This document shows, in pieces, positions 1 to 12,656 of a stretch of 64,000 nucleotides of DNA; the first letter of the stretch is position 1, and the number at the start of each line of letters is the position of its first letter. Below the pieces are notes generated by a model that saw only the letters and a list, made by a program, of their open reading frames with translations, had not been told where the DNA came from and did no database searches. The DNA is from Nymphaea colorata. Taxonomy: Eukaryota. A program made the translations under genes and the position numbers. The stretch spans positions 43,524,001 to 43,588,000 of the forward strand of contig NC_045138.2 in the NCBI RefSeq assembly GCF_008831285.2. The letters are read 5' to 3'.

Positions 1-2900
1 GGCAAGCTCGCTTCTTAGGCCACTTTCACATGTATGACATGTTCCCAAAGGAACATCTAGATAATCAACATTGGTGCTAGTGACCACATGTCGTCATCTC
101 CTAATCTAATGACTTATGTGTTATCCTTGTCTTTATCATTTTTTGTAAAACTACTTGATAGTAAAATTGTTCATGCAACCTATATTGGTCGACTTTCCCT
201 TTCACAATCATTAATTCATAATGATTGTATTTTCTACCCTGCTTTCTTTTTAATCTAGTGTCTGAGAGTAAACTAGCCCAACAATTTGGCTATCATGTTA
301 TTTTTTATTCTCATGGTTGCTTTATGCAGGGCCTAAACTACATGATGATGACTGCTTTGGGTGACTTTAAAAATGGATTATCCATCTACATGCTTCCAAC
401 CCCTTCGGCCTTCAATTCCACCATTTTGACAAGTGGCTTAAAGCATTTTGATGTCTGGAACCTAAGAACAAGACATCCCACTACGTCCAAGAGCCAATAG
501 TTTTTTAAGTATGATTCTAATGTCAAATTGTCAAATAATTGTGTTGTGTGTAAGCTTTCAAAGCAAACTAGGTTGTCATTTAATTTGAGTGGGTCCTTCT
601 CTTCTTCTCCACTTTAATTGTTGCACTGTGACATATGTTTCTTAACTATTGTTGATGATTATACCCAAGCTTTATAGGCATACCTCATAGAATGCAAGAG
701 GGAAACAAGTTACAAGATGAGAAGTTTTATTAATATGGCAGAGAAACAACTCAAATCTGTTAGGATCAAGATAACAACTGAAAATGGACTGGAGTTCTTT
801 TTAAGTGAGTTGAGAAATATTTTTGATCGATAAAGGAATTGTGGATCAACATTCGTCTACTTACACTCGCCAGTAGAATGAAGCAATGGAAGGAAGACAC
901 CACCTCATCCTTGATGTTGCCAAGTACTCAAAATTTCAATCTGGATTACCACTGACACTCTGAGATGAGTGCACTCTTATTGTTGTTTATCTTATAATCA
1001 TGTTCCAACCTCCAGGCTGCAAAATCAAACTCCTCTTGAAGAACTGCTCAAAAGGAAACCATTCTACTCCCATCTTCATGCCTTCAATTGTCTCCACTAT
1101 GCAACCAAGTTGTACCCAAAGATTAAATTTGATCAAAGAGCTATTTGGTGTTACCCCATTGGACAACAAGCCTACAAACTCTATGACCTTGAAAAGCATA
1201 AAGTGCTTACAAGCAGAGATGTTACCTTTGTTGAAAATGTATTCCCCTTCAAACTAGCTAACAACTTTCCTAAGTCCCTTATTCTTCCATTACCCACTCT
1301 GGAGAATCAGCCTTATGAAAGCAATGGCTCTTTGGATACTATCAACCATGAACCAATGTCATTAAAGAACTAGAATCTCAGTTCAACTGAAAAAGAACTT
1401 GCTGAAAACAATTAAGTTATGAATTATGTACCAAAAGTTCTCAATCTGACCCTCAAAATACTCTTCCTATTGAAGTGACTAAAGTTCAATTGCTTCACAA
1501 TCTGATCAAAATCAGCAACGTTGCGTTTGGCGATCAACCTAAAGAACAAGGCCCTCAATACTATTGAGAGATTATTACTACAGAGCAGCTGTTGAAGGGT
1601 CACCTGCATCAGTGCATCAAAGAGGATGACTAAAACCAAGTACTCATTTTCCCAAGTTCTTCCCTTCTCTCGTTGTTCACTTTGTCACTTTGCTTTTCTG
1701 TTAAACATCTATTAGCATGTGGAACGTACATCCTTTGATAAAGCTATACATGATCCTAAATGGAAGAAAGCCATGATGAACCAAATTAAATCTTTAGAGG
1801 ACAACAGTACATGGAATCTTGTTTTGATTCCTATCAACATTAAACTTGTGCTGTGTAGATGAATGTATCAAATCGAGTATAAAAAAAAATGAAGAAGTTG
1901 AGAGGTTTAAGGCTATATTGGTGGCAAGTGTGATGATCAGGTAGAAGGGACTATTATGAAAACTTATGCAACAGTGGTCAAGTAGGTGACAATTCGTTGC
2001 TTTGTAGAAATTGCAGTGAAAAAGAAATTGACATTTGCTTCAAACAGATGTGTTTAATTCCTTCCTAAAATATGGTATTTTTTTTCTACCCCAATGAAAA
2101 TACACGTGACATTTTAGATGAAGTTGGATTGATCAGTGCAAAATCTTCAAAGACCCCAAAGGAACATTGGTTGGATTTGTAAGCAACTAGTGTTGAAAAT
2201 CTAAAAGATTCTTCAAGATATCGTGAACTAGTTGGGTGTTTCATTTATTTGACTATAGCCAGGCCCAATATCATTTTTGCCATTCATATGCTTAGCAGGT
2301 ACATGCAGCATCCAACCACTACTCATCTTGCAACGACACTCAAAGTGCTATGATATTTGAAATCACATCTAGGACATGGTCTATTCTTCTCGACAACAGG
2401 TAATTTTTAACTAACTACATTTTGCAATGCTGATTCGGCAACATGTAAAGAGACCAGAAGGTCCGTTACAGGTTACCACATATTTAAGGTGATAATATGA
2501 TATCTAGGAGAGCTAAGAAATAAAAGACATTGTCTAGATCGTCTGCCAAGGCTGAATAAAAAGACATGGCAGACACATGTTGTGAAGTTGTTTGGCTAAG
2601 CAATAGTTTAAGTGACTTGAAGGTGGATCATTTGTCCTTTGGTCAACTAATGTGTGATAATAAGTCAGTGATTCAAATGGCAGTCAAGCTAGTTCAGCAT
2701 GAATGTACAAAACACATCAAACTTGACTGCCACTTGATAAGAGATCTGGTGAAAAATGGAACAACTGCCACAAAATATATATTGTCCAAGCATCAGTTAG
2801 GAGATTTGTTTACTAAATCTCTCTCCCCAAGCCTCAATTTGCCTCCTTGAAATCCAAGCTAGGTGTATGGGAATAACATGCCACAATTTGAAGGGAGGGA
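1..2900 (+). mobile_element. Degenerate Ty1/copia LTR retrotransposon pol (protease, integrase, partial RT, RNase H), 5' part outside window
   Basis: Copia domain order by translation: xIINIGASDHM (~58-90, protease WIIDSGASDHM-like); CVVCKLSKQTRLSF (~540-580); integrase/SH3 ORF 969-1373 (QAYKLYDLEKHKVLTSRDVTFVENVFPF); RT start (WKKAM...SLEDNSTWNLV, ~1760-1820); YRELVGCFIYLTIARPNI (~2220-2270); ETRRSVTGY (~2450); RNase H ORF 2566-2850 (CDNKSVIQMA...HECTKHIKLDCHLIRD...QLGDLFTKSL). Many stops and frameshifts. Confidence 0.95.
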
Positions 2901-3205
2901 GTCTTAAGGGTATTTCAAACTGCTATTAAGCAAATTGTATACAAAATTTCTGTGGTGCAGAAATTCCATCTCGTGGGTAGACTATTAGAAAATTTTCTAT
3001 AGTTTACGAACATGGAAGATCAAATCATATCTGAAGCACATAGAAACTTGTTCTGTCTAACAAAGTTATTTGATTCGTTGATTTGTAATACTCTTATAAC
3101 AACCTATGGTATAAATTGGTGTGAAGTGATTTTAGTGATGAACTTTCTCCATTAGATGCAATCATATCTCTCTCTTGCTTGCCTTTTTGCTCTTTATTTC
3201 CACAG
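2888..3205 (+). repeat. Polypurine tract and probable 3' LTR of the copia element
   Basis: TTGAAGGGAGGGAG (2888-2901) directly follows RNase H, then TCTTAAG (possibly a decayed TGTT start). The right boundary is a guess because the 5' LTR is not in the window. Confidence 0.55.
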
Positions 3206-3423
3206 TACAACTTAGCATGACTCCGGTTATAGTTTCTTCACACTTGATGCTTGTTACTTGTTTTTGGATTTGATTCTATGAACCATAGTATTAATCTATC
3301 CAAAGTATGTTTGTTCCAATAACTGCTAAAAGAAGATTAATGTTATTCTTCAATCAACTTAAGATGGATTAAGCAAATTAGGAAAAAACATACCTTCCCA
3401 TTACAGTAGCAATTACATATTTC

Positions 3424-3850
3424 TCACTTGCAACCGATTAGAGTGTTATTCACGTTCCTAGCATTGTGGGGTTTTAAAATCTTTGAACTAAATGAACTGA
3501 AGGGGTTGACACTCAGGTATGTGATCTCTTGGAAGAAGTCCCAAAAAAGAATCTCATTGTATAAACATCTTAGCTGAGGTTCTGCATGCAAACGACCCTT
3601 GTGGAGGTTTTTAAAGTGCTTGAAAGATCCCAAAGTATCATCTTTGATTACCATACACTGGATCGCTTTTCATAAACAATCACATGTTGAGTCTTTCGGT
3701 TTTTTTTCTAAGTGAAACTTAGGTTGGTTGGCCTCTTCGTATCCTCTATGTTACAACTGGCTAGTGTGTTTCTGTCTTCTATGTATAAGTGGGGTATTTG
3801 AAGGCTTCCTCTCCATAATTTTCTGGTTGAGAAAGAATTCCCATTATTTT
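3424..3850 (-). mobile_element. Probable L1 LINE ORF2 fragment (linker upstream of RT)
   Basis: Minus-strand translation has EFFLNQK...EDRNT-like and FWDFFQE...NVNNTLI segments resembling plant L1 W.QKSR..W...GDRNT and FW..I...N.TLI.LIPK motifs; highly decayed. Confidence 0.4.
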
Positions 3851-5425
3851 GTTTGTGTTCATCTTCTTTTAAGTCCACCCATTATCAGACTTACTGGCTA
3901 GTAGCTTGAAAACCCTTTGAGGAACTTAGAAATTATTTTCGGCTACTACATAAGATGACGGTGCATCTCTAACTGCTAATAATTTTCTATATAACTTTTT
4001 ACTATAGATAAAAACCCTTTTCTGTATAATTTTCTCTTCTTTTATTTGAATATATATATTTTCCAATAATCACACTTTTGTTGTGTATAACTGCCATATG
4101 ACTGCTGTTATCATTTAGCATTTACCTGAACTTGTCTTCTACAATCACCCAACCAGGTTTTGACGTTTCAAAAATTCAAAACCTAGTTTGTCTTGTCATC
4201 CAAATAGGCAAACCAGGTTTTCTGAAATTATTTAAAAGTTTAGGTTTCATAATCCAAGTTTTGTCAAAAGTAAGTTTTTGAAGGTGTCATCTAAACCCTC
4301 CTTAAATATTTTGTATTATATGTTAACTGTAAGATCTTATTTTTATTCAACGGTTTTACATGGTTATGCTGGGCAGGTTAAGGACTGAATTTTGTTTGGC
4401 CTCAACTCAACTTCGGGTTCCAATATGAAAATGAAGAAAATTCTCATGGAAAAATTTATATTTTATAGTGGATGAAAATGTGCTTTAAGTTGAAATTCAC
4501 TGCTACTGCAAGAGAATATGTCGTAAGAGGGGGCCACATAGGACGCTAAAGTGAAGACACCTAGCCATGTGCCAATCCTGCCACTCTGCAACCTAAGCTT
4601 TGTCATGGGCATGTCCCAATAACGATGGTGGTTGGGAGTTTCTCTCAAAAGACAGGTCCATTAAAATGGTTTAGTTCTTTAACCGATCCTCACGATTAAA
4701 AAAAGAAAAAAGTGAACTGTTGAAATTTGTTGCCCATTCCTTATAAAAGAAACAAAAGGTGTTCAATTTGAAAATAAATGTGATCAACACACAAACAGTT
4801 GATGCATCGTGCCCTTTTCAGATAAATTTTGCCCTTAAGTATTCCATTCACCTAAACACTAGTTTTGTCTCAACAACCTGATGTTTTTAAAGCGAATTGG
4901 AAATTTCTGTCATCCTTGGCTTGAGATTGGGCTAATTTCAACTCTAGACGAAATCAAGTTGCTTTCCATAAAAAGAATGTACAAAATTAGACAATAAATC
5001 CTAACAACTAAAAACAAAAGAAAATCCTCAAAAATAAGAATGATAGAGAAGAATTCAGAACCAAAAAGTTGCCATAGATTGCCCACTGCTCTCTGCCTTT
5101 CCTAAGTCATTAACAAAAGTATAAGATGCTGAAGTGAAAATTATCAATGGTCAAGAATAGTTCAAGTAAAGCGCCAATGTACACACTAAAAAAGTTTACT
5201 TGCCAATACTAACTAATGTTGTTAGATACAATGAAGTGAAGCGATGCACTCAGCCTATGAAGTGAGGAGAAGAAAAGTAAACCAAAGCGAAAAGTAAGCA
5301 TCAAGATTGAAGAGATATTCATAAAAATAATTTTTATCAACAACAGTTTATATTTCTATTACAATTTTTTATTTCCATTAATTGTATTTATTTTATGTGC
5401 CCTAGGGTTTCTTATTTTGAAAAAA

Positions 5426-5427
<2 letters not shown>

Positions 5428-5514
<87 letters not shown>
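5428..5514. repeat. Compound microsatellite (AC)n(AT)n(GA)n
   Basis: Directly visible. Confidence 0.98.
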
Positions 5515-5515
<1 letters not shown>

Positions 5516-5810
5516 GTGAAATTGGTATATCCTAGATCACTTAGGTTGGGGATTGAAACCAAACCTTTTAAATAGTTGTTAAAATATATCCTAAAAGGAT
5601 TATGAATCTAGAATGTTTATAAATATTAGTTCAACATAAATCAAGTCTTGGTTCAAGTTGTTTTATGTAAAAATTATTGATGTTTGTACTACCAAAAATT
5701 GACATTATAAGAGCAACTGATTTTTCTATTATTTTAAAAACATGAGTTGACTACAAAAATGATTAACTTAATATATATTTCTTATCAAAACATTCTATAT
5801 ATGTATGAGA

Positions 5811-6045
5811 GCTGAAATCTTTCGGCCATCTTGAGTTCTATCTAATCATAGCCACCAATGCATCACATTGTCAGGTGGGATTAAGCACACTATCGATGCA
5901 GTGCATCAGATCATGTGTTGTGCATGTATAGGAACTGAATCTTCCGGCCATCTTGAGCTCTATATAATCATATGCACCCAATGCATTGCTTTGTCGGGTA
6001 AGATTAAAACACTTCTGATGCAATAAATTAGACAGTGTTGTGAGA
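5811..6045. repeat. Diverged tandem duplication, ~120-bp unit x2
   Basis: ctgaaatctttcggccatcttgagttctatctaatcata... at ~5812 recurs as ctgaatcttccggccatcttgagctctatataatcata... at ~5935. Confidence 0.85.
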
Positions 6046-6664
6046 GAGGATGAAGGATTTCTTTGTTGAAGCTCGGACGGAGAAATTCACAAATAAATAA
6101 ATAAATAAATAAATACTTACCATCCATCTCTAATGACCAGATGGTAGGATTTTATTTTGTTTTACTTACACAACTTAAGAGAGAGAGAGAGAGAAGCAAG
6201 CAACTTAAAAGAGTTTCAACAATACATTGGCTCAAGCACACGAAAACACATGCATGGTGTAATCTATCGCCTGTCCACTGAAGAGCTATGTTGCTGGCTC
6301 GTAGTTGCATCATTGAAGGTGCCAGATCCCTTCCAAGAAGGAGAGCTCCAGTGCTAGGCCAGAGTTGCTTCTTGAAGACTCCTTGCTTAGACAGGACTAG
6401 GCTAACACAAGTTGGAATTTAGGAAAATAGGAAATAAGAAAAGAATTTAAAATATCTCTCAGACAAGAGCGTAGAGAAATGTCCTCTATTTTCAATCATA
6501 TTTTGTATAAAGGAAGTAGAAAAATAAGCAAAACAAATTATTGCAAATCCAAAAGAATAGTTGATTTCCAGCCAATGGAAATCAACTCATGTAAGAGTTT
6601 CAGCCAATTACTAACATGCACATTTTGCAGGTAAAATTTGACCTCTCCACTTGATCATTTAATA

Positions 6665-7596
6665 TTTGACTTGCCTTCATTTGATTTGTGTGGGATTTTT
6701 AGAGAGATGGGACCCAACCCATCGGGATGAGGCTTGACCATTTCCAAGACTTTTACCAGAGGTAATCAAACCAGACTAAGCTCTACTCTTCTACTTGTCT
6801 AAATGTCTAGATGTTATCTTATCCTAATGCAAAAATAAAGCAAACGTGCCCTAAATTTTAAAACTAATGATTTGTTAAAATCTAATTTGGTTTCAAAATT
6901 TAAGATTCATAATGAAATGTCATTAGATTATCTCCATTGTCATCATAGGCCGCTAACAACTTAATCTGAGCTATATGATGCATGCATGTCAAGGTTTTTT
7001 TAGAAAAATTGTTTTCAAATACTTGTGCATTTTGAAATTTCTTTTGAAAGCATGAATGTAAATTTGGAAAATGATGTACTAATTAGAATATAATCATATT
7101 TGAATTACTTCGTATACCCAAATTATTACTTACAGCATAGTACTAAATTCAACTTGTTTAGATTCTTATTAGAGGTGAATTGTGAGTTCTAGTGATATAG
7201 ATATGTTTAATCTAAAACCAATGCATGCCTAATCTGGGTGAACTTATTTGAAGATTTCAAGGATAATTACTTAACCACAATTTAAGATTAAAGTCAAAGT
7301 CAAGGGATTAATTATCATTGAATCTCAACTAAATTTATTGTGTGAAGATGTATTTACCAAGGATGAACATAAACTAAATGAAATGCATAAATCAAAGATC
7401 ACAAGTAAACTCAATGAAATACATCAATTAAAAGTAAACTAAATGAAACACACAAGCATTAGTTAAAGACTAATAAACTAAATTGGACAAACATAGATCA
7501 AGCTAAATGCATAGACTAAAGATCAAATGTAAGCTAAGTGGAATTCAATGGTCTAATCATGAAATAAAAAATATCTTAATGAGAGAGAAATGAAGA

Positions 7597-7684
<88 letters not shown>

Positions 7685-8800
7685 GAGAAATAAAGGGGGG
7701 AAAATAGAGAGAGATGAAAGGAAAATCGAAAAAACAGAGAAAGAAAGACAGAAAATTTGAAAGGGAAATAGAGGGAGGGAGAAAGAGAGAGAGGAAAAAA
7801 AGGGAATTAGGGGAAAAGAGAAAGAAAACTAAAGATAAAGAGAAAAAATAGAGCGAATGATAAAGAGAGAAAGTAGAGAGAAACAAAAAAATTATAGAGA
7901 ACGATAGAGAGACGAAGAAAGAAAATAGAGAGAGAGAAACAAAACTAGAAAATGAGAGACAATGATAGGAAGAGAAAGAGAAAGATGTAGTCAAGAGGGG
8001 CATGCCTAACCCCAAATGAACATGAAAATTAAAACAAATTAGCATACTTATTTAAAATTTTAAGAAATGATTATTTTATTTTAATATATCAAGATTAGTA
8101 CTACGATTAAAAGATTAATCATTATTTAAGTAAACTAATTATAGTGATTATTAAGAGATGAACGTTACTCCTAAATGACAATAAAATTAAAGCAAATTTG
8201 TATGCTTATTTGAAATTTTAAGAAATGATTATTTTATTACTTAAATCTAGATTAGTATCACGATTAAGGAATTAACCACTCTTAAAATTTTATTTGAGCA
8301 TACTAATTAAAGAGAACCTAAGTCTAAGAGAGAGAGGGGCATACTTACCTCTTTTAGGCTTAATTAAAAAGAAATAAAATTCTAATACTCTAAACAAGAT
8401 GAAAAAGAAAAAGAAAAACAAAATAACATCATGAAAGTAAAGCAAAGTTGAGAAGAAATAGAAATGAAGAAGAAATTACCAAAACGAGTCTTCCTTGGAG
8501 GCCAAGGACGGAGATGAGACGAGAGGCAAAGAGAAAATGAGGGAGAGGGAGAGAAGCTCATGGGAGGAGAAATGGGCTATTTACAGTTGAGCTGGCCCCT
8601 TCATTTCCCTCACAAAGCTAGGAAATAGGCCATCATAAACTAGAAATGCAATAATTAGGTAATAAGGGCATTTAGGCTAAAAATAGGTCATAATGACCTA
8701 AGAAACACATAATTAGTCTACCAAGGGTGTTTTTGTCATTTTACGTTTAAAATAGATAATTATTTTCAAGAAAATGTAATTTCGCTTGTCATTTCAAAAT
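6665..8800 (-). mobile_element. Long LTR-like segment of an old (probably Ogre/Tat) family, copy A
   Basis: Carries the ~110-bp conserved block at 6668-6780 shared with four other loci. The minus strand has a TATA-like tgtaaatagccc (~8575) followed by a ggtaatttcttc donor-like motif (~8475), the same layout as 32488/32762 and 40260/40498. Boundaries approximate. Confidence 0.55.
7600..7681. repeat. (AT)n microsatellite
   Basis: Directly visible. Confidence 0.98.
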
Positions 8801-8864
8801 ATTATAAAAAAAATTTGACTGGGTCAAGGGTTATTTTTTGACCTATTGAACCCTACCAACCAAA

Positions 8865-9012
8865 AGTTGGCCGGGTAAAATACCCGATTTGGCCATCCGA
8901 TCCTGACCATGGCCGGCATGATGCAGCATGTGCCAAGCACATGACCGCTCGTGGCCATAGGCAGCCAGGGCAGGGGCCAGGCATGCGCCCCAAGCCGTGC
9001 CAAGCACGGCCT
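8865..9012. mobile_element. GC-rich DNA-transposon (hAT-like MITE) remnant
   Basis: Cluster of GGCAC/GTGCC/GGCC motifs typical of MITE subtermini; no TIR pair or TSD found. Confidence 0.35.
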
Positions 9013-9199
9013 TTGTGCCCTCAATGATGGAATTTTGGATATGGATCATGAGTTCTGGATCAAACTTTTTGGTTTTGCATTATGAGTATTTGGATTCTAG
9101 AACGGATCTCACCTCCTGCTAAGATGAAGTTTCTGGAAGACGTTCATTGAATGACACATCTTTCACTTTTAGGTAAATCTAAGGAAATTTCTCATATCT

Positions 9200-10195
9200 T
9201 AATGTAATCTTTTGACATTTGATACCATGGGGCTTCTTTGTATTCCACTTGACTTATTCTTTATGAAGGGTGGTATGTAGGTGTTCAAGTCTGCAGACTT
9301 CAACAGCCCGACAAGGTTCAGTCCCCTTAAACGCCATGATGGATCCCAAGCTAGCTCGTCCATCAACAAAGTGATTATACTCTCTTGAATATGAACTAAT
9401 CCGAATTCTTCAAATTCTGAATGAATGGTTTGCTGAATTGCTGTAGGAAGCATGCATTGAGTATTTGACTCTCCATTCCTCATTTACTTGGTTAATGACT
9501 AATAAAGAATCACCAAATGTGTGAGCATTCTTTACTCTGAAATCCATCAATGTCCTCATTCCACGGATTAGTACCTCATATTCTAGCATGTTATGTATGC
9601 AAGAGAAATCATGCTTAAGAAAATATGGTATCATTTATTTTTCTGGGGTGTTGATGTGGATCCCAATTCCTGCTCCAACCATATTTTGGGAGCCACGGAA
9701 AAATAAGTTCCAACCAGGTATTTGGTTTATCCAAAAAAGTGTGTTCATCCAGAAAATCATCATCCTCTGTCTTGATGTCTTGATTGCATCTGTTGGTGGA
9801 AAAATGTCAATTGACTTGCCAATGCTTGAGCCTTTGTAGTTTTTTCTAACACGTATTTCAGTCAGGTCGTACTTCATAAGAACGACTTGCCATTTTGTTG
9901 TTCTCCCACAAAAAAAATTGGTTGTTTCATGATATACTTCAACAGATTAAGATTTGAGAGGACCATGACTTCACTAGCAAAGGCATAATGTCTCACTTTT
10001 GACATATCCAGACTAATGCTAAACAAGGTTTTTTTTATTACTGAATATCTCTTTTATATTGAACAAAAGTTTTGCTGACGTAATATATAGCATGTTCGAT
10101 TTTGCACCTACCTACATATTATGCCAAAAAAATCTTTGCAAGTAGAGTCATTCACAGGAGATATTTTTTTATTTTCCCGAAAGATTGCCACAAAA
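9200..10195 (-). mobile_element. Ty3/gypsy Ogre/Tat-type pol remnant: RNase H followed by archaeal-type RNase H (aRH)
   Basis: Minus-strand translation gives WQSFGKIKKYL, IEHAIYYVSKTF, CLALVWICQK, LLKYIMKQP, KWQVVLMKYDL (native RH), then WNLFFRGSQNMVGAGIGI and NMLEYEVLIRGM...FGDSLLVINQVNEEW (aRH). The RH-aRH order is that of Ogre/Retand lineages. Confidence 0.88.
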
Positions 10196-10306
10196 TTTTT
10201 ATCAACCATATATGTGGACTGTATAAATGAAATAAAATACTTGTACTTGCCTATGCTCCTTGTGCGGGATTTCGAGAGATAGGACCCGACCTATTGGTAC
10301 AAGGCC

Positions 10307-10497
10307 CAGGCCCAAAAACCCCTGCTTGAAAATGGGTCGACTTGGATCGGCCCAACGGTGGCCCGATCCTGCCCGATTGATTTTTAAAATTATTTTTTTT
10401 TATTAAAAATATATTTTATATTCAAACAAATTATTTTATATTTTAAAAAATAGTTTTTTATCATAACTGGGCCGGCCCGGCCCGATGCCCACCCCTA
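10307..10497. mobile_element. Truncated hAT-type MITE
   Basis: GGCCC/GGGCC subterminal motifs, AT-rich core, right end gcccaccccta (reverse complement TAGGGGTGGGC). It interrupts the conserved block that is continuous at 13730-13770. Confidence 0.7.
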
Positions 10498-12211
10498 ACT
10501 TTTAGTGCCTTTACTAGGAGTAATGAGATGAAGGGCTATACAAAAATGTTTCACTTTTTAAATTGAAATGTCGTCCAAAACCTAAGAAAGTAAACATATA
10601 GTAATTTTGAAATCATACATGTTTTAAAATGTAAGTAGGTATCAGAAATGCATTGATGAACAAGAAAAAATTAATATGAAGTTTGTTCATATCTGGATCA
10701 TCATATATCAATGCAAGTTAAGATCCTAATATAATATGATGAATGCAAAAACTAGGTTATGTAGACCTAGAGTCTGATCTTCACTAGCAATTTGATATAG
10801 GATGTGGACATGTTTGAGGGAAATATGACCAAAATCAAAATGTGGTAATCATAATATGAGAGATTTTTGTTCTAAATTGAAATAGGAGATGTCATAAAGG
10901 TACAAAGTATCATATCATATTAGGAAACTTAACGATCCAAAATCCAAGATTTGAAATTGTGATTCAATATCCATGACCTAAGATTCAAGATCCAAAATCT
11001 AATATAAGAAAGCTGAAATCTAATGTTTGAGATATGAAATCTGGTACCTAAAATTTGAACTCTTAAATCCAAAATCCAAAGCTTGGGATACAACATCAAT
11101 AATCCAAAGTTTAAAACCCCAAACCTGATGTCCCAAATCCATAACCTAAGGTTCAAGATCCAAAATCCAATCTCCATGATATGAAATTTATGATCCAAGA
11201 CTCATTACATGAAATCTAATCCAAATTCTGAAGTCCAAGTTCCAAAATCTAATATTCAAAATATAAAATCTGAGATCTAGAATCTGAATTGATAATTTGG
11301 AATTTATAATCCAAAATCCATGATCCCATGTTTAAAGTCCAAGATCTGAAATCCAATACCTGATATCTATGCAAGATCCATAATAGATATCTGAAATCCA
11401 TAATATATCATTGTCATTCTTCAGGTCTAAATCCAAACTAATTGTTTAATATCAAATCAAGTTTGATCAAAATTTAAGATCTAAATAACTAAGGCTAGGC
11501 CAGTCAAAAGGGCTGGGTTCGATCTTACCTAAGCTGAGTAGAAACCTAGCTGGGGACATCTTGATTGGGATGCATAAATTTGATCTTATTCAGACTGCAT
11601 GATTCTGATAAGATTTTTATTCATCTTATGTGGATGTTAAGGAGGTTCACTAGATCTAGGCTATGGGATTGGGTTCAAAGATAGTAGGCTCTGAGACTGG
11701 TATGGGCTAGGTCTCAAAGAATTGAATAACATTGGGTTTCACGCCCACATGACCTTGGGTTTTAAAATCATTTGAACAAGTTAATTGTGAAACATTTTAA
11801 AAATCTATGATTTGAAATGGTTCTTGCCGGAGACCATACTAGATTCAGATTTTCACATACTTGGGCTAATGCCTCAAGGTATGCTACTACCTAGTTTGGT
11901 TTTGGATACATGTAGGTGTAAAGTGATCGTAGATGTTAAAATGAACATATGATGCACGAATAACAAAAACGATAAGAAATATGATCTATTATGCATTATG
12001 CAAACACAAACAACAAGAAATTATGGAATTAAAATGAAGAACGAGAAAAAAGAGACATACATACCACAACAAGGATACACGCACTAAGTTCTGTCAAGAA
12101 TGGAGTTCTAATTTGAAAACGAGATGAACGTGTTAAAATTTGAAAAGAGATGTAGGTTACTTCAGGCAAACTCGATGGCTTTAAAATCATGAGCATGATT
12201 CTCATACATAA

Positions 12212-12656
12212 TGTAATGATTTGACCCACTCCATGTCTTGAAACCTTGGTATAGTGGATCTTAATCTCACCACCTAGCAGTTTTTGTTCAAGTTTTGAAA
12301 AGATTAAGAACCAAAACAACTAACCACTTAACAACCATTTTTATAAGTCTTTGAATCAAAATCTTCAATACGGTACTAAATTTTTTGGGTCTTACAATAC
12401 ACCTCTTAACGCATATACGTGCAAGCGTGTAAGACCTCTAATTCGACTGTTGAACTGCGCTTTGATACCACCGTAACGACCCACTCCGAGGCTCAGGCCT
12501 TTGGTCTGGCAGATCCCAACCTACTCTCTAATAGTTTTGATTCCAGCTTGAAAAAAATTAGGAGCCAAGATGATTAACTATTTAACATCTTCATTTATAA
12601 GTCCTTGAAGATCATTCACAATCTTAAATACAATATTAAATTTTTGGGGTGTTACA
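12212..12656 (-). mobile_element. TRIM (terminal-repeat retrotransposon in miniature), ~445 bp
   Basis: Two diverged ~185-bp direct repeats (12212-12396 and ~12472-12656, both ending ...ttaca). The ~75-bp internal part has gctttgatacca (reverse complement TGGTATCAAAGC, tRNA-Met PBS) at 12459-12470 and a decayed PPT at ~12397-12407. Absent from paralogous copy C. Confidence 0.85.

Noticed and set aside
7557..8045. 162-aa F/S/L-rich ORF
   Set aside because: Translation of a GA-rich tract plus an (AT)n microsatellite.
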